Source: Jejubacter calystegiae (GTDB taxonomy: Bacteria; Pseudomonadota; Gammaproteobacteria; Enterobacterales; Enterobacteriaceae). Taken from it: a stretch of 40,000 bases of DNA. The stretch lies in the NCBI RefSeq assembly GCF_005671395.1, contig NZ_CP040428.1, forward strand, positions 4,558,185-4,598,184, given 5' to 3'. Position numbers and translations under genes: made by a program. The notes under the pieces are model-generated. The model was not told the origin of the DNA and made no database searches. It saw only the letters and a program-made list of their open reading frames with translations. Positions 18,790-28,981 of the stretch are shown piece by piece (within the stretch, counting starts at the first letter, position 1; each line of letters starts with the position of its first letter).

Positions 18790-20010
18790 TTACAGCGTCT
18801 GCAGCAGACTGGCCAGCTCGCGATAAATGCGCTGCTGGTTAAATTCGTTTTCGACCTTTTCCCGGGCGCGCTTAAGCATGGCGCCCAGTTCCTGCTGTTC
18901 CACATCGGCGAACTGCGCTAACCGGTCGGCCAGGGCGCTGGCGTCATACTCCGGTACCAGCCAGCCGGAACGATTGGCGTCAATCAGCTCCGGAATACCG
19001 CTGTGCAGCGTGGAAACCACCGGAATCCCTACCGCCATGGCCTCCATCAGCGCCACGGGAATACCTTCCATATCGCCATCGGCGCCGGTCACCGAAGGCA
19101 GCAGGAACAGATCGGCTTCGTCGAGCATCGCCTTCACTTCGTGATTGGGCTTAAAGCCCGGCATCACCACATACTCTTCCAACTGGAACTGTTCAATCAT
19201 GGTGCGCAACCGGCGCTCCCAGGGGCCGATGCCCAGGATATGGTAACGGAAATCAACGCCGCGCTCGCGTAACAGGCGGCAGGCCTCAATGGCCACATGC
19301 AGCCCTTTTTTCTCGGTCAGGCGCGCCACCGAAATCATCTTCAGCGGCTGACCCGGAGCCTTCAGGGGGCGCAGGCTGAATTTCTCCATATTCACCCCCA
19401 TGCGCGATACCGCGATCTTCTCCGCCGGGCAGCCCATCTGCTGCAGGCGGCTGGCCCACAACCGGCTTATAGGCAGCATCAGGTCGCCGCGGTTAAACAG
19501 TTGCTGATACTCCGGGGTGTAGTGATTCAACACATCGCGGTGCGACACATCAACCCCATGGAATACGGTGGCGATTTTGCCGCGCAGCAGCCCGAGCTCT
19601 CGCAGCTTGGCAGCGGTGACCCCCGCCGGTCCGAAGTGGGCGATAAAGACATCGGCGCTCAGGGGCGACGGCTGGCGGCCACAGATGGCGGAAAGAATCA
19701 TATTGCGCGACTCGTCGCCATAGCGACCGAAGTTCAGCGCCCGCCAGGTTTGCAGGCGCCCGATAGCGCGCAGGGTGTTCATCGCCCGGCTCTTCAGTTT
19801 AGCCAGCTTGCCGTTGGGTTCATCCAGCAGCCAGGTGGTTTTTTCGCCCAGCTGATAGTGGTCGAATACCGCGTGAGTATTGGTCATATCGCCCTTGTGA
19901 ATGGCGACAATTTCCACCTCGTAACCCATATCGATAAACGCGGCTATCTGGTTCAGTACGAAGGTTTCCGACGCTACCGGGAATCTCAGCAGGAAGAAAC
20001 TAACCTTCAT
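18790..20010 (-). CDS. wcaL: Colanic acid glycosyltransferase WcaL (GT4)
   Basis: 406 aa. MKVSFFLLRFPVASETFVLNQI... with a C-terminal GT4 EGIPVALMEAMAVGIPVVST motif. Position is after wcaK. Confidence 0.92.
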   Translation of the reverse strand: MKVSFFLLRFPVASETFVLNQIAAFIDMGYEVEIVAIHKGDMTNTHAVFDHYQLGEKTTWLLDEPNGKLAKLKSRAMNTLRAIGRLQTWRALNFGRYGDESRNMILSAICGRQPSPLSADVFIAHFGPAGVTAAKLRELGLLRGKIATVFHGVDVSHRDVLNHYTPEYQQLFNRGDLMLPISRLWASRLQQMGCPAEKIAVSRMGVNMEKFSLRPLKAPGQPLKMISVARLTEKKGLHVAIEACRLLRERGVDFRYHILGIGPWERRLRTMIEQFQLEEYVVMPGFKPNHEVKAMLDEADLFLLPSVTGADGDMEGIPVALMEAMAVGIPVVSTLHSGIPELIDANRSGWLVPEYDASALADRLAQFADVEQQELGAMLKRAREKVENEFNQQRIYRELASLLQTL

Positions 20011-21287
20011 TTCGCCCCCCGGATACGTTCCAGTACCGAGGCCACCATCTTCATACCGTCCTCGCGCTCGCGCTCCACGGCACGGGTCAGCTTGTCGTTA
20101 ATGGCGGGCAACTGACCGAGGGTGTCGGACACCATGCCCTGCAGGGAGCCATCCAGCAGGTGACGGATATCCACCGCCATCTCAGGCATCCCCAACTGCT
20201 GCATAATCCCGGCGGACTTGTGCTCGTAGTTAAGCGCGATGGCTGGCGTATTAAAGTTCATCGAGATAATGGCAGAGTGCAGACGGGTGCCCACGGTCAG
20301 GTCGCAGGCGCCCAGAATTTTACCCATTTCCAGGTCGTTGAGTTCATCCATCACCACGTGGAAGCGTTCCGGGCGGTCGACCAGTTGCGCCAGCTTCAGG
20401 GCCACCATCCGGTCATCCTTGTTATAGCTGTCGATGCCGGTACAGGTGGAAAGCGCCAGCACCTGGTAGCCCTGGTCGATGATTCGATTCACCACACCGG
20501 CGAACGCCTGCTCATAGGCCTGCTGAGTGGTGCCCAGCCGCTTGTCGAAGGGCGACAGTTCGCGCAGAGTAATCGCAACGGTCTTGTCGCCCCGGGCTTT
20601 GTCCAGCCAGTGCTGTACTGCGTAGCTGGCCACAAAATCTTCGTCGTGATGGGCCACCAGCCAGGCGGTATCCACCCCCTGCTCCACTTTACGGGTGTCG
20701 ATCTGGCTTTTTTCCATCAGATCCAGACTGACCCGCTCGCGCAGAATCAGGGCTTCGCAGCGGCCGAACACGTAGTTCGCCAGTTGGTTAAACTGCGGGT
20801 CCTGGAACGGGCCGACGCTGTGACCCACCATAAACACTGGCTTGTTGGCCATAAAGCTGCACAGCGCGTGTTCAAACTGCGGCGCGCCGTAGAGATCGAC
20901 AAAGAACGAACCGCCCACCTGAATAATGGCGTCATACTGTGTGAGTTGCGCCGTGAAGTTGGTAAAACCTTCCGGCAGAGAGATATTGCGCAGGCGCCCG
21001 CTTTCGGTCACTTTCGCCAGTAGCACCTGGTGCTGATAGCGGCGGCGCAGCACCTTTTTTACCCGGCCCACTAAGCCTGCGGCGTTATTAAGGCGGCGGC
21101 GCTGTTCAAACAGCGGATCGCCCAGTACTTTCTGGCCCAGCAGCCAGGTTGAGCTGGTTGGGAAGCGGCTCATCACATCAATCTCCGCTTCGGGAGCAAG
21201 CTGGTTCATCGCGTCAATCAGGCCACGCAAAATGGCGCCATCACCGCGGTTGCCGCAGGTGTGGTTGCCCAGAATCAATATTTTCAT
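20007..21287 (-). CDS. wcaK: Colanic acid pyruvyl transferase WcaK
   Basis: MKILILGNHTCGNRGDGAILRGLIDAMN... matches the E. coli WcaK N-terminus. I chose the ATG at 21287 (SD GAGG 8 nt upstream) rather than the ORF-track 21314. This gives 426 aa as in E. coli. Confidence 0.92.
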   Translation of the reverse strand: MKILILGNHTCGNRGDGAILRGLIDAMNQLAPEAEIDVMSRFPTSSTWLLGQKVLGDPLFEQRRRLNNAAGLVGRVKKVLRRRYQHQVLLAKVTESGRLRNISLPEGFTNFTAQLTQYDAIIQVGGSFFVDLYGAPQFEHALCSFMANKPVFMVGHSVGPFQDPQFNQLANYVFGRCEALILRERVSLDLMEKSQIDTRKVEQGVDTAWLVAHHDEDFVASYAVQHWLDKARGDKTVAITLRELSPFDKRLGTTQQAYEQAFAGVVNRIIDQGYQVLALSTCTGIDSYNKDDRMVALKLAQLVDRPERFHVVMDELNDLEMGKILGACDLTVGTRLHSAIISMNFNTPAIALNYEHKSAGIMQQLGMPEMAVDIRHLLDGSLQGMVSDTLGQLPAINDKLTRAVEREREDGMKMVASVLERIRGAK

Positions 21288-21319
21288 TCTCTGACCTCTA
21301 AACAGGTTCTTCAACTGAT

Positions 21320-21355
21320 GCCCTCACCCCAACCCTTTCCCAAAGGGAGAGGGAG
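21320..21355. repeat. GC-rich palindromic unit, copy A (REP-like)
   Basis: gccctcaccccaaCCCTTTCCCaaaGGGAGAGGGag. The internal 9-bp stem is 21333-21341 / 21345-21353 with one T/G position. Its reverse complement matches copy B at about 31 of 38 hand-aligned positions. It lies in the wzxC-wcaK spacer. Confidence 0.8.
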
Positions 21356-21390
21356 TTGGTCGGCGTAAACTTGTAACAACAATCGTCCCC

Positions 21391-22890
21391 TCAGGGCTTT
21401 TCTCCCTCTCCCCCCTGGGGAGAGGGTCGGGGTGAGGGGAAAAAGGGCAGATGCCGCTTAAGCTCCACCACCAGCGGATGGCGCGACAAAATCAGCGCAG
21501 CGCCAAAGGCCAGCCCGCCCGCGATAATCTGCAGCGCCAGCAGCGCGCCCAGCGCCATCTGCCCCTTCAGCGCCAGACCCAGCCCGTAGCTGACGACCAG
21601 GGTCGGAATCGACAGCCGGAACGGCAGCCAGATGCTGAGGATGTAATCGCGATAGCTGGAGCCCAGCACCGGCTTAATCATCACGAAGTAGCTCAGGATG
21701 GTGTTGATCACCTGCACCGTCAGGAAGCCCAGGGTGACGCCGAGCGCCCCGCCAAATTTGCCGCCCAGGATAATCGCCGGAATAAACAGGAAGATTTTGA
21801 ACACGTTGAACTTAAAGCTGATATCCACCCGCGCCTTGGCCATTAGCAGCGAGCCGATAGGATTACCGATAGCGCGCAGCAGCCCCACCACGCACAGCAG
21901 CTGCAGGATCGGGATAATAAAATTCCACTTTTCGCCAAACACCAGCGGTACGAAGTTATTCGAGACCACCATCAGCCCCAGCAGCGCCGGGAAGTTAATA
22001 ATCCCCACCAGCGACAGCAGCTTAAAAAAGTTGACCCGCAGCTTATCGATATCGTCCTGAATCTTGGCGAAGGCCGGAAACAGCACCCGGGTAATGATGG
22101 GGTTCAGCTTCATTGGCGGTACCACTGCCACGTTCCACGCCAGTTGATAGCCACCGGCGACTGCGGCGCCCAGAATACGCGCCAGTACCAGGGTCGACAG
22201 GTTGGTATTGATGTAGTTGATGATACTGTCGGCGGTCAGCCAGGCGCCGAAGCGCAGGTTGGAAGAGACCGACGAAATCGCGAAGCGAAAGCCCGGGCGG
22301 TAGATCTTACGACCAAACCAGCCGAACAGCGCGGTACGCACTGCGGTGTTGACCAGATAACCGAGGATGGCGGTCAGCGCCAGCGGCCAGAAGTGGGCGC
22401 TGATAACCGTAAAGCAGAAGCCAAACAGCACCGACAGGGTTTCGATAGCGCCTATCTTGTTAAACTCCAGCTCTTTCTGCATCAGGGCCCGGAACTGCTG
22501 GCCGTGGGGGATCAGCACAAAGGCGAAGGAGAGCGTCTTAACCAGCAATGCCAGATCCGGGTTATGCAGCATGGCGGCAATAAAGTCGCTCAGCAGAAAG
22601 ACGCTGATAAACACCACAATACCCAGCCCAACGTTCAGCCAGTAGAGCGTGGTCAGCTCGAGATTGCCAATCTCCTTACGCTGAATAATCGAGTTGGCAA
22701 TCCCGAAGTCGGAAAGGGTATCCGCCAGGGCGATGATCACCAGCGACACCGTCAACAGACCGAACTGATGGTTGTCGATAATCCGCGCCAGTATCGTCAT
22801 TTGCACCAGCCCCAGACCGATGATAATCACCGTGGAGATGGCGGACCACTTGGCGCCGCTGATGGTTTTTTCTCTGAGACTCACAGGCAC
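21391..22890 (-). CDS. wzxC: Colanic acid flippase WzxC (MOP/PST family); C-terminal ~13-18 aa encoded by a repeat element
   Basis: 499 aa. MPVSLREKTISGAKWSAISTVIIIGLGLVQMTILARI... is a polytopic protein colinear with E. coli WzxC up to ..SRHPLVVELKRH. It then continues LPFFPSPRPSPQGGEGEKP*, read straight through palindromic unit B. Confidence 0.92.
   Translation of the reverse strand: MPVSLREKTISGAKWSAISTVIIIGLGLVQMTILARIIDNHQFGLLTVSLVIIALADTLSDFGIANSIIQRKEIGNLELTTLYWLNVGLGIVVFISVFLLSDFIAAMLHNPDLALLVKTLSFAFVLIPHGQQFRALMQKELEFNKIGAIETLSVLFGFCFTVISAHFWPLALTAILGYLVNTAVRTALFGWFGRKIYRPGFRFAISSVSSNLRFGAWLTADSIINYINTNLSTLVLARILGAAVAGGYQLAWNVAVVPPMKLNPIITRVLFPAFAKIQDDIDKLRVNFFKLLSLVGIINFPALLGLMVVSNNFVPLVFGEKWNFIIPILQLLCVVGLLRAIGNPIGSLLMAKARVDISFKFNVFKIFLFIPAIILGGKFGGALGVTLGFLTVQVINTILSYFVMIKPVLGSSYRDYILSIWLPFRLSIPTLVVSYGLGLALKGQMALGALLALQIIAGGLAFGAALILSRHPLVVELKRHLPFFPSPRPSPQGGEGEKP
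21402..21439. repeat. GC-rich palindromic unit, copy B (REP-like), inverted relative to copy A
   Basis: ctCCCTCTCCCCcctGGGGAGAGGGtcggggtgagggg. The perfect 10-bp stem is 21404-21413 / 21417-21426 with a 3-nt loop. It lies inside the last codons of wzxC. Confidence 0.8.
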
Positions 22891-22893
22891 CCC

Positions 22894-24288
22894 TTAATAG
22901 GCCGCTTTATTCACAAAGCCTTTAAAAATGGTCAGGAACACAATCTTGATATCGAACCAGAGGCTCCATTCACGGATGTACTCCAGGTCATACTCAACCC
23001 GCTTTTCCATTTTCTCCAGGGTGTCGGTTTCGCCGCGCCAGCCGTTGATCTGCGCCCAGCCGGTAATGCCCGGTTTCACCTTATGGCGCAGCATGTAGCC
23101 TTCGATCAGGGAACGATACTGCTCATTGTGGGCCACCGCGTGGGGCCGCGGCCCGACGATGGACATACCGCCCATAAAGACATTGATAAACTGCGGCAGC
23201 TCATCGAGCGAGGTACGGCGCAGGAAGTTGCCCACCCGGGTCACGCGCGGATCGCCTTTCGTGGCCTGCGTCACAACGGCGTCGTTTTCCATCACCCGCA
23301 TCGAGCGGAACTTCCACACCTTAATGGCTCTGCCATCCATCCCGTAGCGGGTCTGGCGGAAGATAATCGGGCCGGGAGAGCTCAGCTTGACCGCCAGCGC
23401 AATGGCGCACAGCACCGGCGAGATCAGTAGCAGAATCAGCGACGACAGCACGATATCTTCGATCCGCTTGATGATGCGGTTGACTCCATTGAGCGGAGTA
23501 TCAAACAGCGGCACCACCGGCACCCCGTTCACCTCGTCGGTACGGGAATGCAGGATATTGAAGGTAAAGACGTCGGGGATCAGCATCACCGAGCAGGTGG
23601 TATCGCTCAGGGAGCGCACCAGCTTACGGATGTGAACCTCATCTTTCATCGCCATGGCGATATAGACGTTGTGGATCTTGCCAGCCCGGGCGTCTTCTAC
23701 CAGTTGGTCGAAGTTGCCTGCCCAGGAGGGCGGTACGCCGCCGGGATGCGGATCGTGATACACCCCCATCACCTCGAAGCCAAGCCACGGCTCGTTGCGG
23801 AAGCTTTCCATCAGTTCGGCGCCCACCGGCAGCGTGCCGGCAATCGCCACCCGACGGGTGTTGTAACCGTGGTTGCGCATCCATCCCGCCCCATAGCGAA
23901 TGCAGGAGCGGCACACCACCAGACCGGTGCTGGACAGCAGATACCAGCTAAGCCAGATACCGAAGCTGGCTTTAAAGTCATCGTTAAAGGCCAGCAGTCC
24001 GGCGCTGAATACCAGACTCAGGGTCCAGTTCTGTAGCAGCATCAGCAGTTCTGTCGAGATCCGCACTCCGCGCCACGAGCGGTAAAAGTCGGTGATCCCG
24101 CCAATCATCTGGAACACCACCAGAGTCATCAGGGCCATCAGCAGGTAGACATAAAAGAAGGGTAGCGCGTTGATCCGGCAGACCAGCCACAAGCCGACAA
24201 ACATAATGCTGATGTCGGAAAACCGCTGCACCATAGAAATTAACGATGCATTGGTCTTAGATCGCTCACGCTTTTTTAGAGTCGTCAT
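22894..24288 (-). CDS. wcaJ: UDP-glucose:undecaprenyl-phosphate glucose-1-phosphate transferase WcaJ (initiating enzyme of colanic acid)
   Basis: [30 protein letters not shown]... to ..[10 protein letters not shown]. This gives 464 aa from the ATG at 24288, matching E. coli WcaJ in length and sequence as recalled. The ORF-track start at 24384 runs into the upstream hairpin repeat and is rejected. Confidence 0.94.
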   Translation of the reverse strand: MTTLKKRERSKTNASLISMVQRFSDISIMFVGLWLVCRINALPFFYVYLLMALMTLVVFQMIGGITDFYRSWRGVRISTELLMLLQNWTLSLVFSAGLLAFNDDFKASFGIWLSWYLLSSTGLVVCRSCIRYGAGWMRNHGYNTRRVAIAGTLPVGAELMESFRNEPWLGFEVMGVYHDPHPGGVPPSWAGNFDQLVEDARAGKIHNVYIAMAMKDEVHIRKLVRSLSDTTCSVMLIPDVFTFNILHSRTDEVNGVPVVPLFDTPLNGVNRIIKRIEDIVLSSLILLLISPVLCAIALAVKLSSPGPIIFRQTRYGMDGRAIKVWKFRSMRVMENDAVVTQATKGDPRVTRVGNFLRRTSLDELPQFINVFMGGMSIVGPRPHAVAHNEQYRSLIEGYMLRHKVKPGITGWAQINGWRGETDTLEKMEKRVEYDLEYIREWSLWFDIKIVFLTIFKGFVNKAAY

Positions 24289-24329
24289 CGTTGTTCCTGT
24301 ATTTTGCCTTACGCGGCAGTTAACGACCT

Positions 24330-24361
24330 CTTCCCGGCCCTCCCCCTGGAGGGCCGGGGGG
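24330..24361. repeat. GC-rich perfect hairpin (REP-like) in the cpsG-wcaJ spacer
   Basis: cttCCCGGCCCTCCccctGGAGGGCCGGGggg. The perfect 11-bp stem is 24333-24343 / 24348-24358 and extends to about 14 bp with G-U pairs. It starts 4 nt after the cpsG stop and has no U-tract. Confidence 0.75.
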
Positions 24362-24364
24362 AAA

Positions 24365-25747
24365 CTATCGCAGCTCCGGGCCATTCAGTAACGCCACGAT
24401 CTCTTCAGTACGGGCCGCCATCAGTGCACGATCGGCACGGGACTCCACGTTCAGACGCACCACCGGTTCGGTGTTGGAGCTACGCAGGTTAAAGCGCCAG
24501 TCGCCGAAGGCCATGCTCAGCCCGTCGGTGTAGTCCACTTCTTGAGCTTCATCGATAAAGCGCTGCTTTACCCGCTCGATGGAAGCCGCAGGATCCGCCA
24601 GTTTGCTGTTGATTTCGCCGCTGGCCGGGAAGGCCGCAATGCGCTCTTCAACCAGTGAACCCAGGGTCTTACCCTTCAGGCACAGCAGTTCCGTCACCAG
24701 CAGCCACGGGATCATGCCGCTGTCGCAGTAAGCGAAGTCGCGAAAGTAGTGATGGGCGCTCATCTCGCCGCCGTAAATGGCGTCTTCGGCGCGCATCCGC
24801 TCCTTAATAAAGGCGTGGCCGGTTTTCGACATCACGGGTACGCCGCCTGCGCCGGTCACCACATCTTCGGTGTTCCAGCAAAGACGCGGATCGTGAATGA
24901 TCTTCGCCCCCTGCTCTTTTTCCAGGAAGGCTTCCGCCAGCAGGCCGACAATGTAGTAGCCTTCAATAAACTGCCCTTTTTCATCGAACAGGAAGCAGCG
25001 GTCGAAGTCGCCGTCAAAGGCGATCCCCATATCGGCGCCGTGTTCAATCACCGCATTGCTGGTATCTGCCCGGCATTCCGGCAACAGCGGGTTGGGGATA
25101 CCGTTCGGGAAGTTACCGTCCGGCGTGTTGTGCACCTTAATAAAGGAGACCGGCAAATTCAGCGCCTTAAAGCGTGCTTCGATAGCATCCACCACCGGGC
25201 CCGCCGCGCCGTTACCGGAGTTAATCACCAGTTTCAGCGGCTTCAGGTTAGCGGTATTGATGTAAGAGAACAGATGATCGATATAAGCGTCGCGCAGGTC
25301 GAGCTGCTTATAGCTGCCGCGGCGTGACTCGTCGACCGGCGGGAAGTCGTTAGCTTCCGCCAGGCGCTGGACATCGCGCAGGCCGGTGTCACCGCTTATA
25401 GGACGAGCACCCTTGCGCACCAGTTTCATGCCGTTGTAATCCATCGGGTTATGGCTGGCGGTCACTTCAATGCCGCCGTCCACGCCCAGATGGAAAGTGG
25501 CGAAGTAGATCTCTTCGGTGCCGGAAAGACCGATATCCAGCACATCCACCCCGGCGTCCTGCAGCCCTTTCGCCAGCGCCAGCTTCAACGCCTCGCTTGT
25601 CAGGCGCACGTCGCCCCCCAGCACAATGGTCTGCGGTTTCAGGTACTCGCCATAGGCGCGGCCAATGCGCCAGGCGATATCCTCGTTCAGTTCATCCCCA
25701 AGTCGGCCACGAATGTCGTAGGCTTTAAAGCAGGTTAGTTTGGTCAT
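24365..25747 (-). CDS. cpsG: Phosphomannomutase
   Basis: 460 aa. [38 protein letters not shown]...[15 protein letters not shown] (active-site Ser motif)...GEMSAHHYF. Colinear with E. coli CpsG/ManB. Confidence 0.96.
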   Translation of the reverse strand: MTKLTCFKAYDIRGRLGDELNEDIAWRIGRAYGEYLKPQTIVLGGDVRLTSEALKLALAKGLQDAGVDVLDIGLSGTEEIYFATFHLGVDGGIEVTASHNPMDYNGMKLVRKGARPISGDTGLRDVQRLAEANDFPPVDESRRGSYKQLDLRDAYIDHLFSYINTANLKPLKLVINSGNGAAGPVVDAIEARFKALNLPVSFIKVHNTPDGNFPNGIPNPLLPECRADTSNAVIEHGADMGIAFDGDFDRCFLFDEKGQFIEGYYIVGLLAEAFLEKEQGAKIIHDPRLCWNTEDVVTGAGGVPVMSKTGHAFIKERMRAEDAIYGGEMSAHHYFRDFAYCDSGMIPWLLVTELLCLKGKTLGSLVEERIAAFPASGEINSKLADPAASIERVKQRFIDEAQEVDYTDGLSMAFGDWRFNLRSSNTEPVVRLNVESRADRALMAARTEEIVALLNGPELR

Positions 25748-25780
25748 CGTTATTTTCCCTTATTCTGGCAACACCCACCC

Positions 25781-25802
25781 GCTCTCCCGGGCCAGGGAGA
25801 GC
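25781..25802. repeat. GC-rich hairpin in the cpsB-cpsG spacer
   Basis: GCTCTCCCgggccaGGGAGAGC, an 8-bp perfect stem with a 6-nt loop. It shares the CTCTCCC/GGGAGAG core with units A and B. Confidence 0.6.
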
Positions 25803-25840
25803 ATGCAGGCGATTTTTATTGGGGTCCCCGGCCTGGGGCG

Positions 25841-27277
25841 TCAGACGCGTCCGTAGCGATCCTGGAATCGCACGATGTCATCCTCTTCCAGGTAAGAGCC
25901 GGAGCGTACTTCAATCAGTTCCAGTGGAATCTTGCCGGGGTTTTCCAGGCAGTGGGTCGCCCCCAGCGGGATATAGATGGACTCGTTTTCGCCCAGCAGG
26001 CTGACTTTATCGTCGATGGTGACCTGCGCGGTCCCCGCCACCACAATCCAGTGTTCGGCGCGATGATGGTGCATCTGTAGCGACAGACCTTCTCCCGGCT
26101 TCACGGTGATTCTTTTCACCTGATAACGCTGACCGGCGTCGATGGAGTCATATTTGCCCCAGGGGCGATAGACTTCGCGGTGAATATGATGCTCATGACG
26201 GCCGTCGGCCTTAATGCGCTCCACCACTTTTTTCACGTCCTGCACCTGATGGCGGTCGGCAATCAGCACCGCGTCCCGGGTCTGTACCACGACCAGATCC
26301 TTCACGCCCACGGTGGTGACCAGGCCGGATTCGGCGTAAACGTAGCTGTTTTCCGAACCATGGCTTATCACATCGCCGTGGTGAACGTTGCCCTCTTCGC
26401 TGCGCTGGCTGATTTCCCACAGTGACGACCAGGAGCCAACATCGCTCCAGCCTGCGTCCATCGGCACCACTACCGCATCGGCGGTCTTTTCCATCACCGC
26501 ATAGTCGATGGACTCATCCGGGCAGGCGAGGAACGCTTTTTCATCCACCCGCACGAAGTCGAGATCGGGATCGCAACCGGCCATCGCCTGTTCGCAGGCT
26601 TGCATAATATCGGGACGATACTTCGCCAGCTCTTCCAGATAACGACCGGCGCGGAACAGGAACATGCCGCTGTTCCAGTAGTATTCGCCGCAGGAGACAT
26701 AGCCTTCGGCGGTAGCCAGGTCCGGTTTTTCCACGAACTGCGCCACGTCAAAGGCCAGGGCGTCAGCCTCCCGATCGCACACTTCACCGCGGCGAATGTA
26801 GCCGTAGCCGGTTTCCGGTTGATTCGGCACAATGCCGAAGGTCACCAGCTTGCCGCTTTCGGCAAACGGCATCGCTTCCACCACCGCATTGCGGAAGGCC
26901 GCTTCGTTGTCAATCATGTGGTCGGCGGCCAGCACCAGCATCAGCGGGTCCTGATCCGGGCTGCTGCGGCGCGCCGCCAGCGCCGCCAGGGCGATGGCCG
27001 GAGCGGTATTGCGCCCGGCGGGCTCCAGAATAATGTTTTCGGTCAGCTTATTTAGCTGACGCAGCTGTTCGGCGACGATAAAACGATGTTGCTCGTTGCA
27101 GATAACCACCGGGCTTTCACAGGCCACGCCGTTCAGGCGGTTGATGGTGGCCTGCAGCATGGTGAGTTCGCCTTTCAGGCACAGGAACTGTTTGGGATAG
27201 AGCACCCGGGAAAGGGGCCAGAGGCGGCTACCGGAGCCCCCCGCCATGATCACCGGATAGAGTTGTGACTGACTCAT
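25841..27277 (-). CDS. cpsB: Mannose-1-phosphate guanylyltransferase (GDP-mannose pyrophosphorylase, with C-terminal cupin/PMI-like domain)
   Basis: 478 aa. [34 protein letters not shown]...[10 protein letters not shown]...[10 protein letters not shown]. Colinear with E. coli CpsB/ManC. Confidence 0.96.
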   Translation of the reverse strand: MSQSQLYPVIMAGGSGSRLWPLSRVLYPKQFLCLKGELTMLQATINRLNGVACESPVVICNEQHRFIVAEQLRQLNKLTENIILEPAGRNTAPAIALAALAARRSSPDQDPLMLVLAADHMIDNEAAFRNAVVEAMPFAESGKLVTFGIVPNQPETGYGYIRRGEVCDREADALAFDVAQFVEKPDLATAEGYVSCGEYYWNSGMFLFRAGRYLEELAKYRPDIMQACEQAMAGCDPDLDFVRVDEKAFLACPDESIDYAVMEKTADAVVVPMDAGWSDVGSWSSLWEISQRSEEGNVHHGDVISHGSENSYVYAESGLVTTVGVKDLVVVQTRDAVLIADRHQVQDVKKVVERIKADGRHEHHIHREVYRPWGKYDSIDAGQRYQVKRITVKPGEGLSLQMHHHRAEHWIVVAGTAQVTIDDKVSLLGENESIYIPLGATHCLENPGKIPLELIEVRSGSYLEEDDIVRFQDRYGRV

Positions 27278-27279
27278 CG

Positions 27280-28503
27280 TTATCCCCGTATATCAGCAAT
27301 AAATTGACTTAACACGCTCTCTTTATCGAGCATGCGTTCGGCATATTCACGTGCCACCGTGTTCTGTTTTGGCATTAACAGGCAGGCTTCGATACCTGCG
27401 CTCAGAGCATCCACCGATTCCGGCTCTACACAGGCCGCGATACCGGGATGCTCCAGGCACAGCTGCCCCAGTTCGGTGGGCGCTTCGGCTGTAATCACCG
27501 CATTGCCTCCCACCGCCAGAATATTGGTCAGCTTCGACGGCAGTACCGCATCGGCTGCGCCGCGGCGCTGAATCACCAGATGGCAGTCGGCCATCTTGAG
27601 TAGCGCAGGCAAATCTTCATAAGGCTGAAGCGGCAGGAAACTCACGTTATCCAGACCGTAATCGGCCACCATCTGCGCCAGCCGGGCCTTACCGCCCCCC
27701 TGGCCGACAATCACAAACTGCCAGGGCCGGTCGCTGTGGCGTTTAGCCACTTCAATCACATTCTCCAGCCCCTGCTTTTCACCGATGTTGCCGGAATAGA
27801 GGATGATTTTTTTCTGTTCATCCAGCCCCAGTCGGTCGCGCAATGCATCGGCCTGCTCAGCAGTGACATCGTGAAAGCGCGCCACTTCCGACCAGTTGGG
27901 GAAGAAGATCACACGCTCAGGCGCCACCCCTTTTTCGATGGCTTTATTCATCATCGAACGGGAGATGGTGGAGACATGGTCTACGTTGTGCAGCCCGCTG
28001 CGCTCAAAAGCGCTGGCCAGCCGCGCGACCTTGCCGCCCTTCTCTTTGCCCGCCATACCCAGACCCAGCATGGCGTCCACTTCATAATCCTGAATATGCA
28101 GCACCGTACGGGCACCGGTAAGTGCAGCCAGCAGCCGCATCCCCGGGGTGCAGAACAGGGTCGGCACCACGCCGATGATCCGGTCCGGCTTCCAGCGCCG
28201 CTGGGCCAGCAGCGGAAACAGGGAGCTCAGGGCAAAACTGCCCAGGTGAACCAGCCGCTTCAGGGTCGAAGGCTGCTTCGGCACATACATCGGGCAGCGC
28301 CAGACAGTGGCCGTCCCCTGCTCTTTTCGATATTTCCAGCCCGAGTAGTCAGTACGCACCTGCCACTCCGGGTAATAAGGCGGTGCGGTAATCACCCGCA
28401 CCTCGTGGCCCTGGTCAGCCATCCACGCCACCATCTCACCGGTGTATTTGCCAGTACCGGTCAGCTCCGGGGAGTAGTTAATGCCGTAGACCAGAATCTT
28501 CAT
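27280..28503 (-). CDS. wcaI: Colanic acid glycosyltransferase WcaI (GT4)
   Basis: 407 aa. [47 protein letters not shown]... has the same length and N-terminus as E. coli WcaI. Position is between gmm and cpsB. Confidence 0.93.
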   Translation of the reverse strand: MKILVYGINYSPELTGTGKYTGEMVAWMADQGHEVRVITAPPYYPEWQVRTDYSGWKYRKEQGTATVWRCPMYVPKQPSTLKRLVHLGSFALSSLFPLLAQRRWKPDRIIGVVPTLFCTPGMRLLAALTGARTVLHIQDYEVDAMLGLGMAGKEKGGKVARLASAFERSGLHNVDHVSTISRSMMNKAIEKGVAPERVIFFPNWSEVARFHDVTAEQADALRDRLGLDEQKKIILYSGNIGEKQGLENVIEVAKRHSDRPWQFVIVGQGGGKARLAQMVADYGLDNVSFLPLQPYEDLPALLKMADCHLVIQRRGAADAVLPSKLTNILAVGGNAVITAEAPTELGQLCLEHPGIAACVEPESVDALSAGIEACLLMPKQNTVAREYAERMLDKESVLSQFIADIRG

Positions 28504-28979
28504 AGACCGGGAACCTCGCGCTTGCGCTCTTCCAGGAAGTAAGCGCGACTGTTGTCATGGACCTTATCGTTCTCAACCAGCGCGTCCGGTAACAGCCAGC
28601 GATAGTCGTTATGCTGTTCGGTGGGCAGTTGCAGCTCGCCCTCCTTCACCGTCAGCCGGAAACCCAGCACGATGTAGTGGGTCGAAAAGTCACTTCCCGA
28701 AAAGTTGTCGTCGTAGAAGTGCTGCCAGACCCCATAAAAGCGTCCCTCATCCAGGGTAAAGGCTTTGCCCAGCTCATTCAGGGTCAGACGCCCGAAGGCG
28801 GAACTCAGCGTTTCGTCCTTCTGTACGCGGCCGCCCGGTACAAACCAGTAACCCTGTGCCGGGCGGTTGTTACGCCGCCCAACCAGGAACTCCCCGCGTT
28901 CATTCTCCACGATCAAATCGATGGAGATTAACGGCGTGCTACGCACCACTGTGGCGAAATCCGCCTCGCTCAGGAACAT
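28500..28979 (-). CDS. gmm: GDP-mannose mannosyl hydrolase (Nudix)
   Basis: [58 protein letters not shown]... has a Nudix-like box. This gives 159 aa from the ATG at 28979, as in E. coli Gmm/WcaH. The ORF-track start at 29018 would overlap fcl by 37 nt and is rejected. Confidence 0.92.
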   Translation of the reverse strand: MFLSEADFATVVRSTPLISIDLIVENERGEFLVGRRNNRPAQGYWFVPGGRVQKDETLSSAFGRLTLNELGKAFTLDEGRFYGVWQHFYDDNFSGSDFSTHYIVLGFRLTVKEGELQLPTEQHNDYRWLLPDALVENDKVHDNSRAYFLEERKREVPGL

Positions 28980-28981
28980 CC

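Noticed and set aside
24289-24384. N-terminal extensions in the six-frame track. These are wcaJ (to 24384), wcaD (33725-33946), gmm (28980-29018), wzc (38519-38554), wcaK (21288-21314), wcaE (32493-32504) and the GT2 at 5401-5439.
   Set aside because: The extensions run through upstream genes or hairpin repeats and encode non-homologous, Arg/Pro-rich peptides. Internal ATGs with SD sequences reproduce the lengths and N-termini of the E. coli orthologues as recalled (WcaJ 464 aa, WcaK 426, Gmm 159, Wzc 720; WcaD 407 here vs 405 in E. coli).
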